A stretch of 64,000 nucleotides of DNA from Octopus vulgaris (lineage: Eukaryota): positions 8,184,001 through 8,248,000 of the forward strand of contig OX597831.1 of the NCBI GenBank assembly GCA_951406725.2. Direction: 5' to 3'. Shown here one piece after another: positions 52,552 to 64,000 of this stretch; positions within the stretch are counted from its first letter, which is position 1, and each line of letters starts with the position of its first letter. The translations under genes were made by a program, and so were the position numbers. The notes beneath the pieces were generated by a model. The model saw only the letters and a list, made by a program, of their open reading frames with translations, had not been told where the DNA came from and searched no databases.

Positions 52552-53139
52552 GGCAAGTTGGTCAACATCTCTGTTTCTTGTGAAGTATGCTGGTAACTGT
52601 ATTTCTGAAACAATGTGAGATTAACTTAGAAACACAACGAGAGCAACTACAAGACAAAATAAGACACATCAAAGAATTGTGAGTATGAGTTAGAGATATA
52701 GATGTGTGTGTGTGTGTGAACATTTGTATGTACATATGTATGATGTGTTTGTGACTTGCACTAGTTCCATCAACCTACACTCTCACACATATGCACACAC
52801 ACACACACATACATACATATATACCTGCACCAAACACTCGTTAACCTCTCAAACAGACCAAACTCTGCCGGAGATATATTAACATCAGTATCATAGGTGA
52901 CAGACGTAACTTCCTTGACCTGAATGTTACCTGCAGCAGGTGTGTGTATATATGCATTTGTGTGTGTGCGTGTGCATATATTAATACACACATACACACA
53001 CACACATGCAAATTACTTTTAGTCCGTTGTAACACTGAACACACATTTACAAACATGCTACCTGTAACAGGTGCATGTGCATATATATATATATATATAT
53101 ATACACATGCACATAGATGTGTGTGGTTGTGATGTATGG

Positions 53140-53177
<38 letters not shown>

Positions 53178-53252
53178 TCAGTTTTGTCCATCTTAAGAAT
53201 AAAAACCCATACATTTAGGAACACATGCAGCCATAAAGAAGCTTCATAAAAC

Positions 53253-53341
<89 letters not shown>

Positions 53342-53655
53342 AGCAGTGTTTCCGAAACAAAGCAAAAAAATGGCAAAGCCAGACACTCACTAACACATAA
53401 ATCAATTATTCCTCTGAACACATAACTAATTTAGAACTAATACTCTTGTTGTTGTTGTTGTTGTTGTTTCTTTTAGTTTTTTTCTTTTTGTTTTTGGTTA
53501 TTTGTGTGCTTATTCTTAACTTGATTCTGTAGTATTTTTCACTAATTCACTTGTACACACACACACACACACACGTGTGTGTTTATACATATGTTTGTAT
53601 GCATGCATATATATGCATGTGTATACATATGTATATATGTATGTGTATATATATA

Positions 53656-53690
<35 letters not shown>

Positions 53691-53753
53691 GTATGTATGT
53701 GTATATTTATATGTGTGTGTATATATATATGTATTTATATTTGTGCGTGTATG

Positions 53754-53790
<37 letters not shown>

Positions 53791-53961
53791 ATGTATATAT
53801 GTGTATATATATATGTATATATATGCATGTATATATATATGTATATATATATGTATATATATATGTATGTATATATGTATATATATATGTATAAATATAT
53901 GTGTGTATATATATGTATATATATGTGTGTGTATATATGTATGTGTGTGTATATATATATG

Positions 53962-53992
<31 letters not shown>

Positions 53993-54214
53993 ACACATGC
54001 TCACATAACAGAAACTGGTGTTTTGAAGCATTAAGGGGTAGTTAAGAAATAAAACAATGCCAATGATTCCATCTGTAAATTGGTAAAACATTTCTATTTG
54101 TTTGTCTTTTTTGCATCAAGATTTTTCCGTTTGGTTTTGAGAAAATCAGGCACCAACTGACAGCAATGTTTTTACCGTCTCAATTTGTAATACAAACATG
54201 AAGGTCTTGTTAGG

Positions 54215-55180
54215 ATATAGGCACAAGCATAGCCATGTGGTTAAAAGCTTGCTTCCCATCCACAGGGTTTCAGGTTCATTCCTACTGCATGCCACCTTGG
54301 ATAAGTGTCTTATACTACCAACCAAATCTTTTTTAGGGAATTTCGTAGAATTTGGTATGTCTGTGGATATGTGTATGTATCTGTGCATGTCTTTGTGTCC
54401 TCACCCCACTGCTTGACAGCTGGTGTTGGTTTGTTTACATTCCCATAACTTGGCAGTTTGGCAAAAAAGATCTATGGAGTAAATACCTGACTAAAATAAA
54501 TACTGTGGTTGATTTGTTCAACCATAAACCTTTCAGACTGGTGCCCCAGCATGGATGCAGTGACTGAAAAAAAAAAGGCAAAAGATATCTCCCCATCCTC
54601 ACTACTACATTGTCCCTTCCCCTCCAATCCTGTAGTTGTGGGGATAGGGAAGTTGTGCCCATAATTATTTTCAAGTCCTCCAGAACTGGTGAGACGGAGA
54701 GAGTAAGGTGCCATCAGATTGAAGACCTGACCTAAATACTTGCAGCAGAGTGGACTCTGCTAAAATTGTCTTAAAGAGCAAGCCTTGACCATCATCATCA
54801 TCATCATCATCATTTTAATATCCACTTATCCATGCTTGTTTAAGACAGACAGAATTTATTGAGACAGATTTTCTACAACTTGATGCTTTTCCTGTTGCCA
54901 ACCCTTACCTGAGCATGGTAATAATTCTCCATGGTTGGGAACACTGCTTGTATGATGGTGTCACTCATTTACAACTGTCATGCAATGTCAAAACAAGCAC
55001 ACATACACACACACACATGCATGACAGGCTTCTTTCAGTTTCCATCTGCAAAATTCACTCACAAGGCTGTGGTCAGTCTGGAGCTGTAGTAGAAGACACT
55101 TGCCTAAGGAGTTATACAGTGGGGCTGAACCCAAAACCATGTGTTTGGGGGGAGCAAACCCTTTAACTACTCAGCTATGC
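54215..55180. mobile_element. Two SINE family 2 copies, convergent (54215-54585 +, tail A; 54790-55180 -, tail B)
   Basis: Head and tail motifs as in the other family 2 copies. Confidence 0.75.
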
Positions 55181-55646
55181 TTAAACCTCCTCACAGTCCT
55201 TTGTAATAATGGAAACATTTTTTCTTTTTGCTGGTCAAATGAAAAATTTAAGACCAGTAGAACCACATTGGCTTAAAATAGTCCAAGACAATATGCCACT
55301 ACTTAGAAGAATTGGAATGAAACTTATGAAACTACTTCGCATATAAAAAAAAACAACAATACTTACTTATTATTCTTCACAACACTGAATTATTACCATA
55401 TTCTAAAAGCCTTCTGAAATGTTTCTATAAAACAGATGCTGTATCAATTTAGCATAACATGATCAAGGGGAATTGCAATAAACCCCATGTGATGTCACAG
55501 AGGAAACACAAAAGCATTATTTAGAGCAGTGTTCTATTGATTTGCTTCCCCAATGAAAAATTACGACTGCAATGATTGATGCTTGTCTATGAAACCGCTG
55601 GTATGGTATACTTATCACTACTGAACACATCATCATATTTTATCAT

Positions 55647-55879
55647 TTAACCCTTTCATTACTGTATTTATTTTGAGATGCTCTGTGTTTCTTTCAATTA
55701 ATTTTAAATTTAACAAAGAATTTAGTAAAATAAATTAGTTATCATTCAGCTAGTGTTAGGAACATAAATTGTGACTCAGGTTTGGTGGAAGATTTTAATT
55801 CAAAACTTTTTAATTTTTAAAACAAGACATTTGTACTCACCAGAGCCGGTTTCAGCCGGGTTGGTAATGAAAGGGTTAA
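55647..55879. mobile_element. piggyBac-type MITE, family B, inserted in the TTAA of a family-4 tail
   Basis: ATCAT-TTAA-CCCTTTCATTAC ... GGTAATGAAAGGG-TTAA-TGTCCATTGTCCATGCTGGCATGGG. Confidence 0.9.
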
Positions 55880-58192
55880 TGTCCATTGTCCATGCTGGCA
55901 TGGGTTGGTCAGTTTGACCAGAGCTTGCAAGCTGGGGAGCTGCACCAAGTTCCAGTCTGATTTGGCTTGGTTTTTACAGCTGGATGCCCTTCCTAACACC
56001 AACCACTTTACAAAGTGTGCACTGGGCGCTTTTATGTGGCACCGCACTTTCCATACACATAAAGATTAAATACATGTGTCTGTGCTTTTCCAGAAAGAAA
56101 GATTAACACTATTAACCTGTTAAACAGTAACACAAAGATTATGAATGTTCATGGGTAACATTAACCTCATGACCTACCAGTAATGCAAGTGGGTATTAAC
56201 CTGCACATGTGGTTTCAATTGCCATTGGTTCTCTGCCATTTTCACTTTCTTTTAAATTCTTTCTTTTTAATCAATTCCATTATTCACATTCGGTTTCCTA
56301 TGTGTATGCGTAAGTCCAAATATGTATGATTTGCTGCTTGAAAATCCACAGAGAAAAAAAAACCACATCATTTGTTTATCTAAACTATGGCTAACTTTGA
56401 TGTGGTCAATAGATAAGCTAATTCCAGTTGCTATGCACACAGCATGAAAGCAAGACAGCCAGAAAGCTGAAAGAACCAATAGACTTTGTCAGGCTCCATT
56501 TAGCAGTGGTAAATAAGCAAGAAATATTTGCCAGTTAGTCAGACAACTATCACAATAGAGTGGCCGGGTAGTTAAGCAGGATGATGTGAATTCGTTTTGC
56601 AAATGTTTTCTGTCACAAGTTACTGCTTCAACTAATTTCTAGTTTATCACAAACATTGTCAGCAATCTCCTTTTTATGTCATGTGTCTACTGTACATATG
56701 TTGCACTTTAGTTAAGAAACTCTGCAGTGAGTTGGTTCATAGGAACTGGACAGAGGGTTAAGCTACAACTGACAAGGAAGCCTCTATATTGTCACTGATC
56801 CTGCTAAAAATAGCAGCCAAATTTCCCTCATATCCCATTCCTGCCATCTTAAAGGACAAGACAAAACAGATTTGTGCTGCATTTCTTTTGAGTAATAAAA
56901 AATTTTGTTTGCTTTCAGGAAGTGGAGCTTGACAGTTTTTGTGTGGTCAAGCATATTTTCTTCTGGTATTGTTGTTAAGCCCCCAAGTTAGCTGTGGTTA
57001 AGTAGACCTATGATCAAAGACACTGCATCCACGACCATTCCGTCATAATTTGTCTTTTTCTTATTAGAAATGCAGATACCTTTTTGAGATGATAGGATGT
57101 GGCAGAAGTGTTTTGCCAGCTCTTTCTATCAATTTGAGGGTTAATGACAACATCGAGGTTCCTTGGCACAGTAGACAATACTCTATTATTCCTTAACAAC
57201 AGAGCAAGTTTAGAAAAGGGGGAGAGTGATTCAGTCACGGAGTGTCAAATTAATTGGAATTTGACATCTGGTTAAGTGGTTTATTTTGTTGAGATCAATT
57301 CCCCTCATTTAAAAATAAATGAACTGTCAATCGAAACAAATAGTCAATATTTCCTTCCATTTTTTATTTATTTATTTATTTATTTATTTATTCTTAAAAA
57401 TATTTTTATATGTGTCTCAGAACATTTGTGCAACTAACCAAGTCTCAGTCAGAAACATCTACTTTTAATCAGTGTATCAGGTGTTTACCATTATATCATC
57501 ATCATCATCATCATACATCTATTTTTCATTTTTCGCATACAGGATGCTGTTTTAAGAGGACCTGATGGTCTTGCTCCAGAGTCTCAAGTTTGACTTAGTT
57601 CCCATGGCTGGATGCCCTTCTGAATAACAACTATTTCACAGAATATATTAGCCGGATTTTATCCATTGCACCAGCTCAGAAGAGGTTGTCTCGCCTTCAG
57701 CAAGACTCAAAAGCCTCCTCAAACTCTGCGTTGTCTCTGCTGATTTCTTTAAGCACTTGACAGAGGGTATTGAGTGCCTTTTACATGCTACTAGCACTTG
57801 TGAGGTTACCTTGCGTCTCACAGGTGAAAGAGTCTTCAGAAGAGTGAGGGATTACAGTATGATGGTAGGAACAAATTGGTTGGTGTGAGAGAGTAAGAGA
57901 GGCTGTGGAAGAAGAGGTACCAAGAGCATATTCTGAAAGGAACATACGCCAGGAGATGAATAGAGGGGAGAGATGGTAATAGAAGACTTGAGTGGGGTGT
58001 ATAGAAAGAAAGATGAAGAGGGTGCAGTGGGCATAAGGTGAATGCTTTCCTCTCAATTACAGGTGATTCAGTGTGATGAGCAGAAAAGACAATAGAATAT
58101 GGAGTAAGTAGTAGGGAGAGGAGGAGCACATAACCCCCCCCCCCCTCCACTGTTTTAGCAGGCATTTTAACAAGCTTGTGTTATATATATCC

Positions 58193-58232
<40 letters not shown>

Positions 58233-58510
58233 GTGTAAGATTTCATTTAGGCTTAGTGATACTGATAACCTGGTGTTAGAACTCAATATACCTGTACTTC
58301 AGAAGAAAATGTTCGTCGAGTACAGAGCATAATATGAAATTAAACAAATGGTAAGGAAACAAGAATTGCATAATCAACTTCATTAGCTTACAGCTGTTTC
58401 TGCTATAAGATGCAATGCACTCAGAGCTGAATGCCTGTGCATCACCTTATAATAGTTTCCTTGGCACAAGCACTCAACTCTGAATGCACTGCATCTTATA
58501 GCAGAATCTT
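58233..58510 (-). mobile_element. Microsatellite-anchored element with a 43-bp hairpin and GAAACAGCTGTA motif (Penelope-like end?)
   Basis: Inverted repeat 58398-58440 / 58464-58506. A near-identical truncated copy lies at 60082-60313; both abut (GT)n. Confidence 0.6.
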
Positions 58511-58860
58511 TTTCTTACAAAATGCCTGGAGAACTGTAAATTATAGACATTGTGAATGCCAATCAATAATTTAAGGCCAAAAAGCAATGAATACTGCAGA
58601 ACAAGAAGCAAGCAGGCCCAAGGACTGGTTTCAGTTTCTAGTTGAATCATGACATGTATTTTTATGTTTAGATCCTTTGTGCTGATGGTTCAAATCTTGC
58701 CATGGTCAGCTTGGTCATTCATCATTTCAGGGTTAGAGTGGGGTAGGGGTTCTACAACATCATAAGAGATGCTTTCTAGTATCTGTTCTGGGGCTGTCCA
58801 TTCTGAGTTTAAAATCTTGTCTAGACCATCATTAGAATGAAGTAACCTCTCCTTGATCTG

Positions 58861-59152
58861 CCACAGGGGCCAGTCCTTGCTTCAGTGTAGTGGCCTGTAT
58901 GTCTTAATGACCCTGAGAGCTTTGCCAGAGCCTCCCATGCTGGACAGCTCAGAGGATTTAGGCCAGACTAATATGGACCATCACTTCCCAGAGGCAAAAA
59001 TGGGTTTGTGTAGGGCTAAACAAAGGTGCAGAAGCATTGATGACATTCCAAAGAGAAAAACTTAAAATTGGAGGGGTCAGCCCAGAGTGAAGAACAGTGG
59101 AGGAAAGCCATTGATGGCCTTTTGCTCCATTGGGATTGAAGGGCCTAATTAA
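58861..59152 (+). mobile_element. Bipartite RTE-derived non-autonomous element (5' UTR + 3' end)
   Basis: CCTTGC...GGCCTGTATGTCTTAATGACCCTGAGAGCTTTGCC..CTCCCATGCTGGACAG..GGCCAGACTAA..GGGTTTGTGTAGGGCTAA resembles RTE 5' UTRs. GCCCAG..AGTGGAGG..TTGATGGCCTTTTGCTCCATTGGGA resembles RTE 3' ends (both from memory). Confidence 0.6.
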
Positions 59153-59639
59153 ATGGTAAGTACATTATTGTTTAAGGGCAATAACAAAAGAACCATGAAG
59201 ACAAGTTATCTTTTTTAGTTTAGTGTAATGAGATTCACAGAGTGAGACAAGAAAGAAAACTGAAAAGAGGATTTGAGGTTATCTCTCTGCAGTCTGGCAG
59301 TGAAAACAGACATAACAGCAAATGCGGTGGCTTTTTTTTTTCTTTTTTCTTCTTTGAAGTGTTTATGGTCAATAGCCAGGTGTAAGAGGTGTGTGTGTGT
59401 GTGTGATAGGAAGACTGGATTCTGTATGTAATTAATATAATTATTGTCACCACACTTTGTAAAGACATCCTCACATAAAAGAGTTAATCTGAACAGCAGA
59501 GATAAGATACAAGTTAAAGAGATTTGTGTCTGAGAAAGCAATAATATGTGTTGCCTGTGTATTAATGAGACATGTCTGGCGGACGAGTTCTGCACTGAAA
59601 TTTGTAAACATTGATGCAAAGAGGGAGTGTTGCCTACTG

Positions 59640-60015
59640 TTTCTTTTACTTGTCTCACTCATAGGAGTGTGGCCTTGCTGGAGTACCGCTTCGAAGGGTT
59701 TAGTTGAACAAATCAACCCCAATATTTTTTTTTTTTTAAGTCTGGTAATTATTCTGTTGGTCTCCTTTGCAGAACTGCTAAGTTATGGAGACATAAACAA
59801 ACAAACACCGGTTGTCAAGCAGTGAAAGGACAAAAACAAAGACACACATGTGCACGTGTTCACATACTCCAGGCTTCCACACAGTTTCTGCCTATCAAAC
59901 TGATTGGCCTGAGTTAATAGCAGAATACACTTTCTGAAGGTGCCACACGTTAGGACTGAACCTGGAACCCCTCGGTTTCAATGTGGTCTTCTTAAACACA
60001 TAGTCATGCTTGCAC
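59640..60015 (-). mobile_element. SINE family 2 (tail A)
   Basis: Reverse-complement match to the family consensus. Confidence 0.75.
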
Positions 60016-60081
60016 CTGTTTGCTTTTGCTTCCTCAATGTAGTTGTGAGACAAGATCACATGTGTGTGTGTGTGTGTGTGT

Positions 60082-60313
60082 GTGTAAGATTTCATTTAGG
60101 CTTAGTGATACTGATAACCTGGTGTTAGAACTCAATATACCTGTACCTCAGAATAAAATGTTCGTCGAGTACAGAGCATAATATGAAATTAAACAAATGG
60201 TAAGGAAACAAGAATTGCATAATCAACTTCATTAGCTTACAGCTGTTTCTGCTATAAAATGCAATGCACCCAGAGTTGAATGCCTGTGCATCACCCTATA
60301 GTTTCCTTGGCAC
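60082..60313 (-). mobile_element. Second, truncated copy of the 58233 element
   Basis: About 230 bp with a handful of substitutions and a 3-bp indel; lacks almost all of the right hairpin arm. Confidence 0.85.
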
Positions 60314-61139
60314 TTGTCATAAACTGGGGGAGAGGAGTATTATGTGCCCCTTATCGATAGACCCTCTGAAAGTGTGACCCATATATGCCCAGGCCGCTGT
60401 AATGTCTGGGGAAACCTTTTCTATGGCTGTTTTCAGACAACTGGTGGCACTTGTTATACTGCTAATACCTTTGTGAGAGAATTGTAATTGTCACGCAAGC
60501 TTATTCTTCTGCTAAAACAAAAAAAAACACACACACAATAATAAAAATCAATATTTATGTGTAAACTACATACAAGTACACGTACACACACACACGCAAA
60601 TACAGCACAAGGAAGCACACACATACAGGATATAAGAATTATAAATTTACTGCAGATTTGACAATATTTATGGCTTATGATTAAACTATAAAACAGCAAA
60701 AACCAAAAAGAAAAGTTGGTTGTTAGTAACAGCTCAACCCACAGAGAGATACATAAGTTGCATACACATAACGCACACATAACGCACACATACGCTCGCT
60801 CTTATAAAACCTTACTGCAATATATGATTCTGGTATAGATTTTTCTCTCCAATGATGACTAACTAGCTTAATCGTTCCCTAGCAATCAATATATGCTGTT
60901 CTGCATGGACATTGCCAACTAACTTTGCCAAACAGAACAAGCATGTTCAGTCATTTTTTCTCTCTCTTTTTTGCTTTTTTTCCCCCCTTATTTTACACAG
61001 ATTCTCAGTTAGTTTTTGTTTTATTCTATTTTACTTTATTTTAAAAAAAATATTTGTAATACTTTTGGGAATAAATAATTATTTGGAAATTAATTTTTCT
61101 AAGCTATATTATACTTTGAGTTTTGAGATTACAATGTTG

Positions 61140-61370
61140 TGTGTGTGTGTGTGTTAGTATGTTTGATAGAGTGTGTGTGTGTGTTAGTATGTGCATATGT
61201 TTGATAGAGTGTGTGTGTGTGTTAGTATGTGCATGTGTGTGATAGAGTGTGTGTGTGTGTTAGTATGTTTGATAGAGTGTGTGTGTGTGTTAGTATGTGC
61301 ATATGTTTGATAGAGTGTGTGTGTGTGTTAGTATGTGCATGTGTGTGATAGTGTGTGTGTGTGTGTGTGT
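61140..61370. repeat. Compound minisatellite (GT)n-TAGTATGT(GCATATGT)TTGATAGAG
   Basis: About 6 units of 29-38 bp built on a GT microsatellite. Confidence 0.85.
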
Positions 61371-62254
61371 AAGGGATAAAGTGTATGTGTGTGTGTAAGA
61401 ATGTATGTGTGAGTGGGTGTATGGGTGTAAATATGTATGTGAGAGGGAGAGAGAGAGAGAGAATGTGTGTGAGTTGGTGTACCTGTGTGTGATGTGTAAG
61501 AGAGAGAAAGAGAGAGAGAGAATGTGTGTGTGTGTGTGTGTTGAAGAGAAAGAGAGTGTGTGTATATGTGTGGAAGTGAGAGAATATGTTTGTGTTTCAT
61601 TTTAGGGTTTTACCATGTTTTTTCCCCCCTGCCCTATTTTTTTTTTCCCCCAGAAAAAGTTTCCTATAACAGAAAAGCATTGTAGCTGAGATTAGAGTGG
61701 TGGACGTTTGCGGCTGATATTTTGAAAATTATATCTACGACTATTGATTAAATCTATGGGGCTATTAATAAGAATTCAAATTAGAGCTTGCTGCTTTACT
61801 TGCAAACTCCCTCTTTTCATTGATAACCTTTGGCTCTTTTGGCTCACCAATGAGATGCACCCTTATCATCATCATCACCATCATCATCACCATCATTACT
61901 ATTATTATTATTATTATCATTATTATTATTATTATTATTATTTGACTATTTTTACTGTAGTCTCTGTTTTCAATCATTACTAATTCCATTGCAACCCCAC
62001 TGAAGTCCTCTTGCAGCATCCAACGTTATCCATCAAATTCTCTCTCTCTCTCTCTGTCTCTCTCTCTCTCTCACACACACCAAATCCTGCCATTCTCTTC
62101 TGCAGTAATTTCATTCAAGACTCATTCATGCCTCTTCACCATTTATTGAATCAAGATGACCTCCACAAACTGTGAACACAGCCCTACACTTCTGACATTT
62201 GATACTCAAAGCCACAGTACAGCAAGGGAGCTAAATATAGAAGAGGAAAACAAA

Positions 62255-62615
62255 AGGATTAAGTCAATTACATTGACCCCAGTGTGTAACTGGTACTTAT
62301 TTAATCGACCCCAAAAGGATGAAAGGCAAAGTCAACCTTGGCAGAATTTGAACTCAGAATGTAACGATGAGTGAAATACCTATTTCTTTATTACCCACAA
62401 GGGGCTAAACATAGAAGGGACAAACAAGGACAGACATAGGTATTAAGTCGATTACATCGACTCCAGTGCGTAACTGGTACTTAATTTATCGTCCCCAAAA
62501 GGATGAAAGGCAAAGTCGACCTCGGCAGAATTTGAACTCAGAACGTAACGGCAGATGAAATACTGCTAAGCATTTCGCCTAGCATGCTAACAATTCTGCC
62601 AGCTCACTGCCTTGA
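62255..62615 (-). mobile_element. SINE family 1 dimer (full copy plus partial copy)
   Basis: Full copy at 62376-62615 is near-identical to 19958-20195 and is followed on - by a head-less copy at 62255-62375. Confidence 0.85.
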
Positions 62616-62760
62616 AACTAGGGATATTGTCCACCCATCTTGCTCGTGGTTTACCCCTCAGTCTCCTATCAGTTGGCTCAGCTTGAAGAATCTGTCTTGC
62701 AATCCTTTCTTGTGGCATTCTAGCCATGTCTGTCGTACCAGAGCTGTGAGCTCCTAATTC
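62616..62760 (-). mobile_element. RTE-clade LINE C-terminal fragment
   Basis: ...QLWYD/MARMPQERIARQILQAEPTDRRLRGKPRARWVDNI matches the RTE GHV.RM...R....L.....GRR.RGRP..RW.D motif. Confidence 0.8.
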
Positions 62761-64000
62761 TGAGATTTTATGGCTGAAAATCAATGCATTGGATCATGTA
62801 ATTGTTGATACCATTAAAATGACTGGAATATCTTTGGTCATACATCTGTCTGCTTGATCAGAGCTTGTCTTGGAGTAATCAGCAATTGCTACTTCTGTGG
62901 CACTCACTATAGAAATATTCAGTGTAGTCTTGAGTTCAGCATGACCCTATCACTGTTACCATTACGAAGAACAATTGTTTGTTTTTTTAACCATTTGTTC
63001 TTTGATGACCTCTTAAGGCAGTCAACTTAATCCATCCACTGCCCAGTTTTAACATCACCACCAACGCCATCACCACCTCCACTATCAACACCACCACCAT
63101 TAACAATACCACCATCTACAATACCATCACCATCAACACCATCACCAGCCACACCACCATCAGGCAGGGTTCACTCTGTCATGAGTATTTGGGACTTGCC
63201 TCCAGTTTGAAGAATGCCATAGTAAAATTTCCCAGGGATGCCCTCTGTCTGAAGGTTATGTAGTTAAGTGAAGACTAACATTCCCAATGTATGTATTCGA
63301 CTGAAATTATGCTTATAATGTAAAGAAAATCAATCGTTAGTGTTGATGAGAATTTTTGTTAAAAACAAGGGAGACAATCCTGAAATGAAATCGGCTTGTT
63401 TCAGCTTCTCTAGATGTTCTTTTTACAGAGGTGTCTGTGGGAAGTTTTCATCGATATTTTCCATCCTGTATCTTGTATTTGCTTTTAGATGTTTTCTAAG
63501 CCAAGTATCATTCATACAGCAACCAGGTACTTTCTCTGACTCATGTTTTCCATTCAAGCCCTGCAGGTGACCACAACTCACGTAACCCTAGCCCAGCCTA
63601 CTTCAGACAATCTTTTCATTGTACTTGGAGGGTATGTCACGACACCTCATCACCATTCATCTCTCCTTTTTCAATGCTGCACAGCTCTTAATCGAGATCT
63701 CTTGTCTTGCACATCACTTGTTCTGTTGACACAAAAAATGTACCCAGATGTACACCGTGTAAAGTGATCGGCATTAAAAAAGGGACATCCAGTCATAGAA
63801 AGCAGACAATGGCGCTTGACACATTCCTCTTACCTGTCGGATCCTCTCAAACCATCCACCCCATTCTAGCATGGAATAGAAATACTAAACGATGATGATG
63901 ATGATGATGATATTTATTTTTAAACAGTGGTCGACTTTGTTTAGACATCAGCGTCAGGTTGCATGTATTATTTATAACTTACACAGGAAGACGCACTTCT

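Noticed and set aside
58398-58506. miRNA precursor call
   Set aside because: The hairpin is part of a duplicated repeat element and no known mature miRNA was recognised. Kept as a finding, not an ncRNA feature.

Overview
AT-rich, microsatellite-dense, repeat-dominated eukaryotic DNA with no prokaryote-type gene content. The tRNA-headed SINE families and abundant (CA/TA/CAT/TTA)n tracts resemble those I recall from octopus genomes; this assignment is from memory, not a search. Almost every ORF in the supplied track is an artefact of microsatellites, SINEs or a 2.4-kb 37-bp minisatellite (13.1-15.5 kb). Supportable content: dozens of SINE copies in about five modular families; two or three TTAA-flanked piggyBac-type MITE families; a Helitron-like 5' end; and fossil fragments of a hAT (Charlie/Buster) transposase, RTE LINEs, a CR1/L2-like LINE and an R4/Dong RLE element sitting in TAA repeats. 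There is also a bipartite RTE-derived short element and several microsatellite-embedded elements with decayed hammerhead-ribozyme cores. Scattered + strand splice signals (7.5, 9.6-9.9, 17.5, 18.4, 22.5, 31.2, 46.3 kb) suggest the window is the 5'/intronic part of a large gene, possibly with alternative first exons. No protein could be identified. The most intriguing items are a duplicated element with a 43-bp hairpin whose five mismatches are all A-C on + (G-U on -), the candidate alternative first exons, and repeated MITE insertion into SINE-tail TTAA sites. I found no convincing wholly new system.
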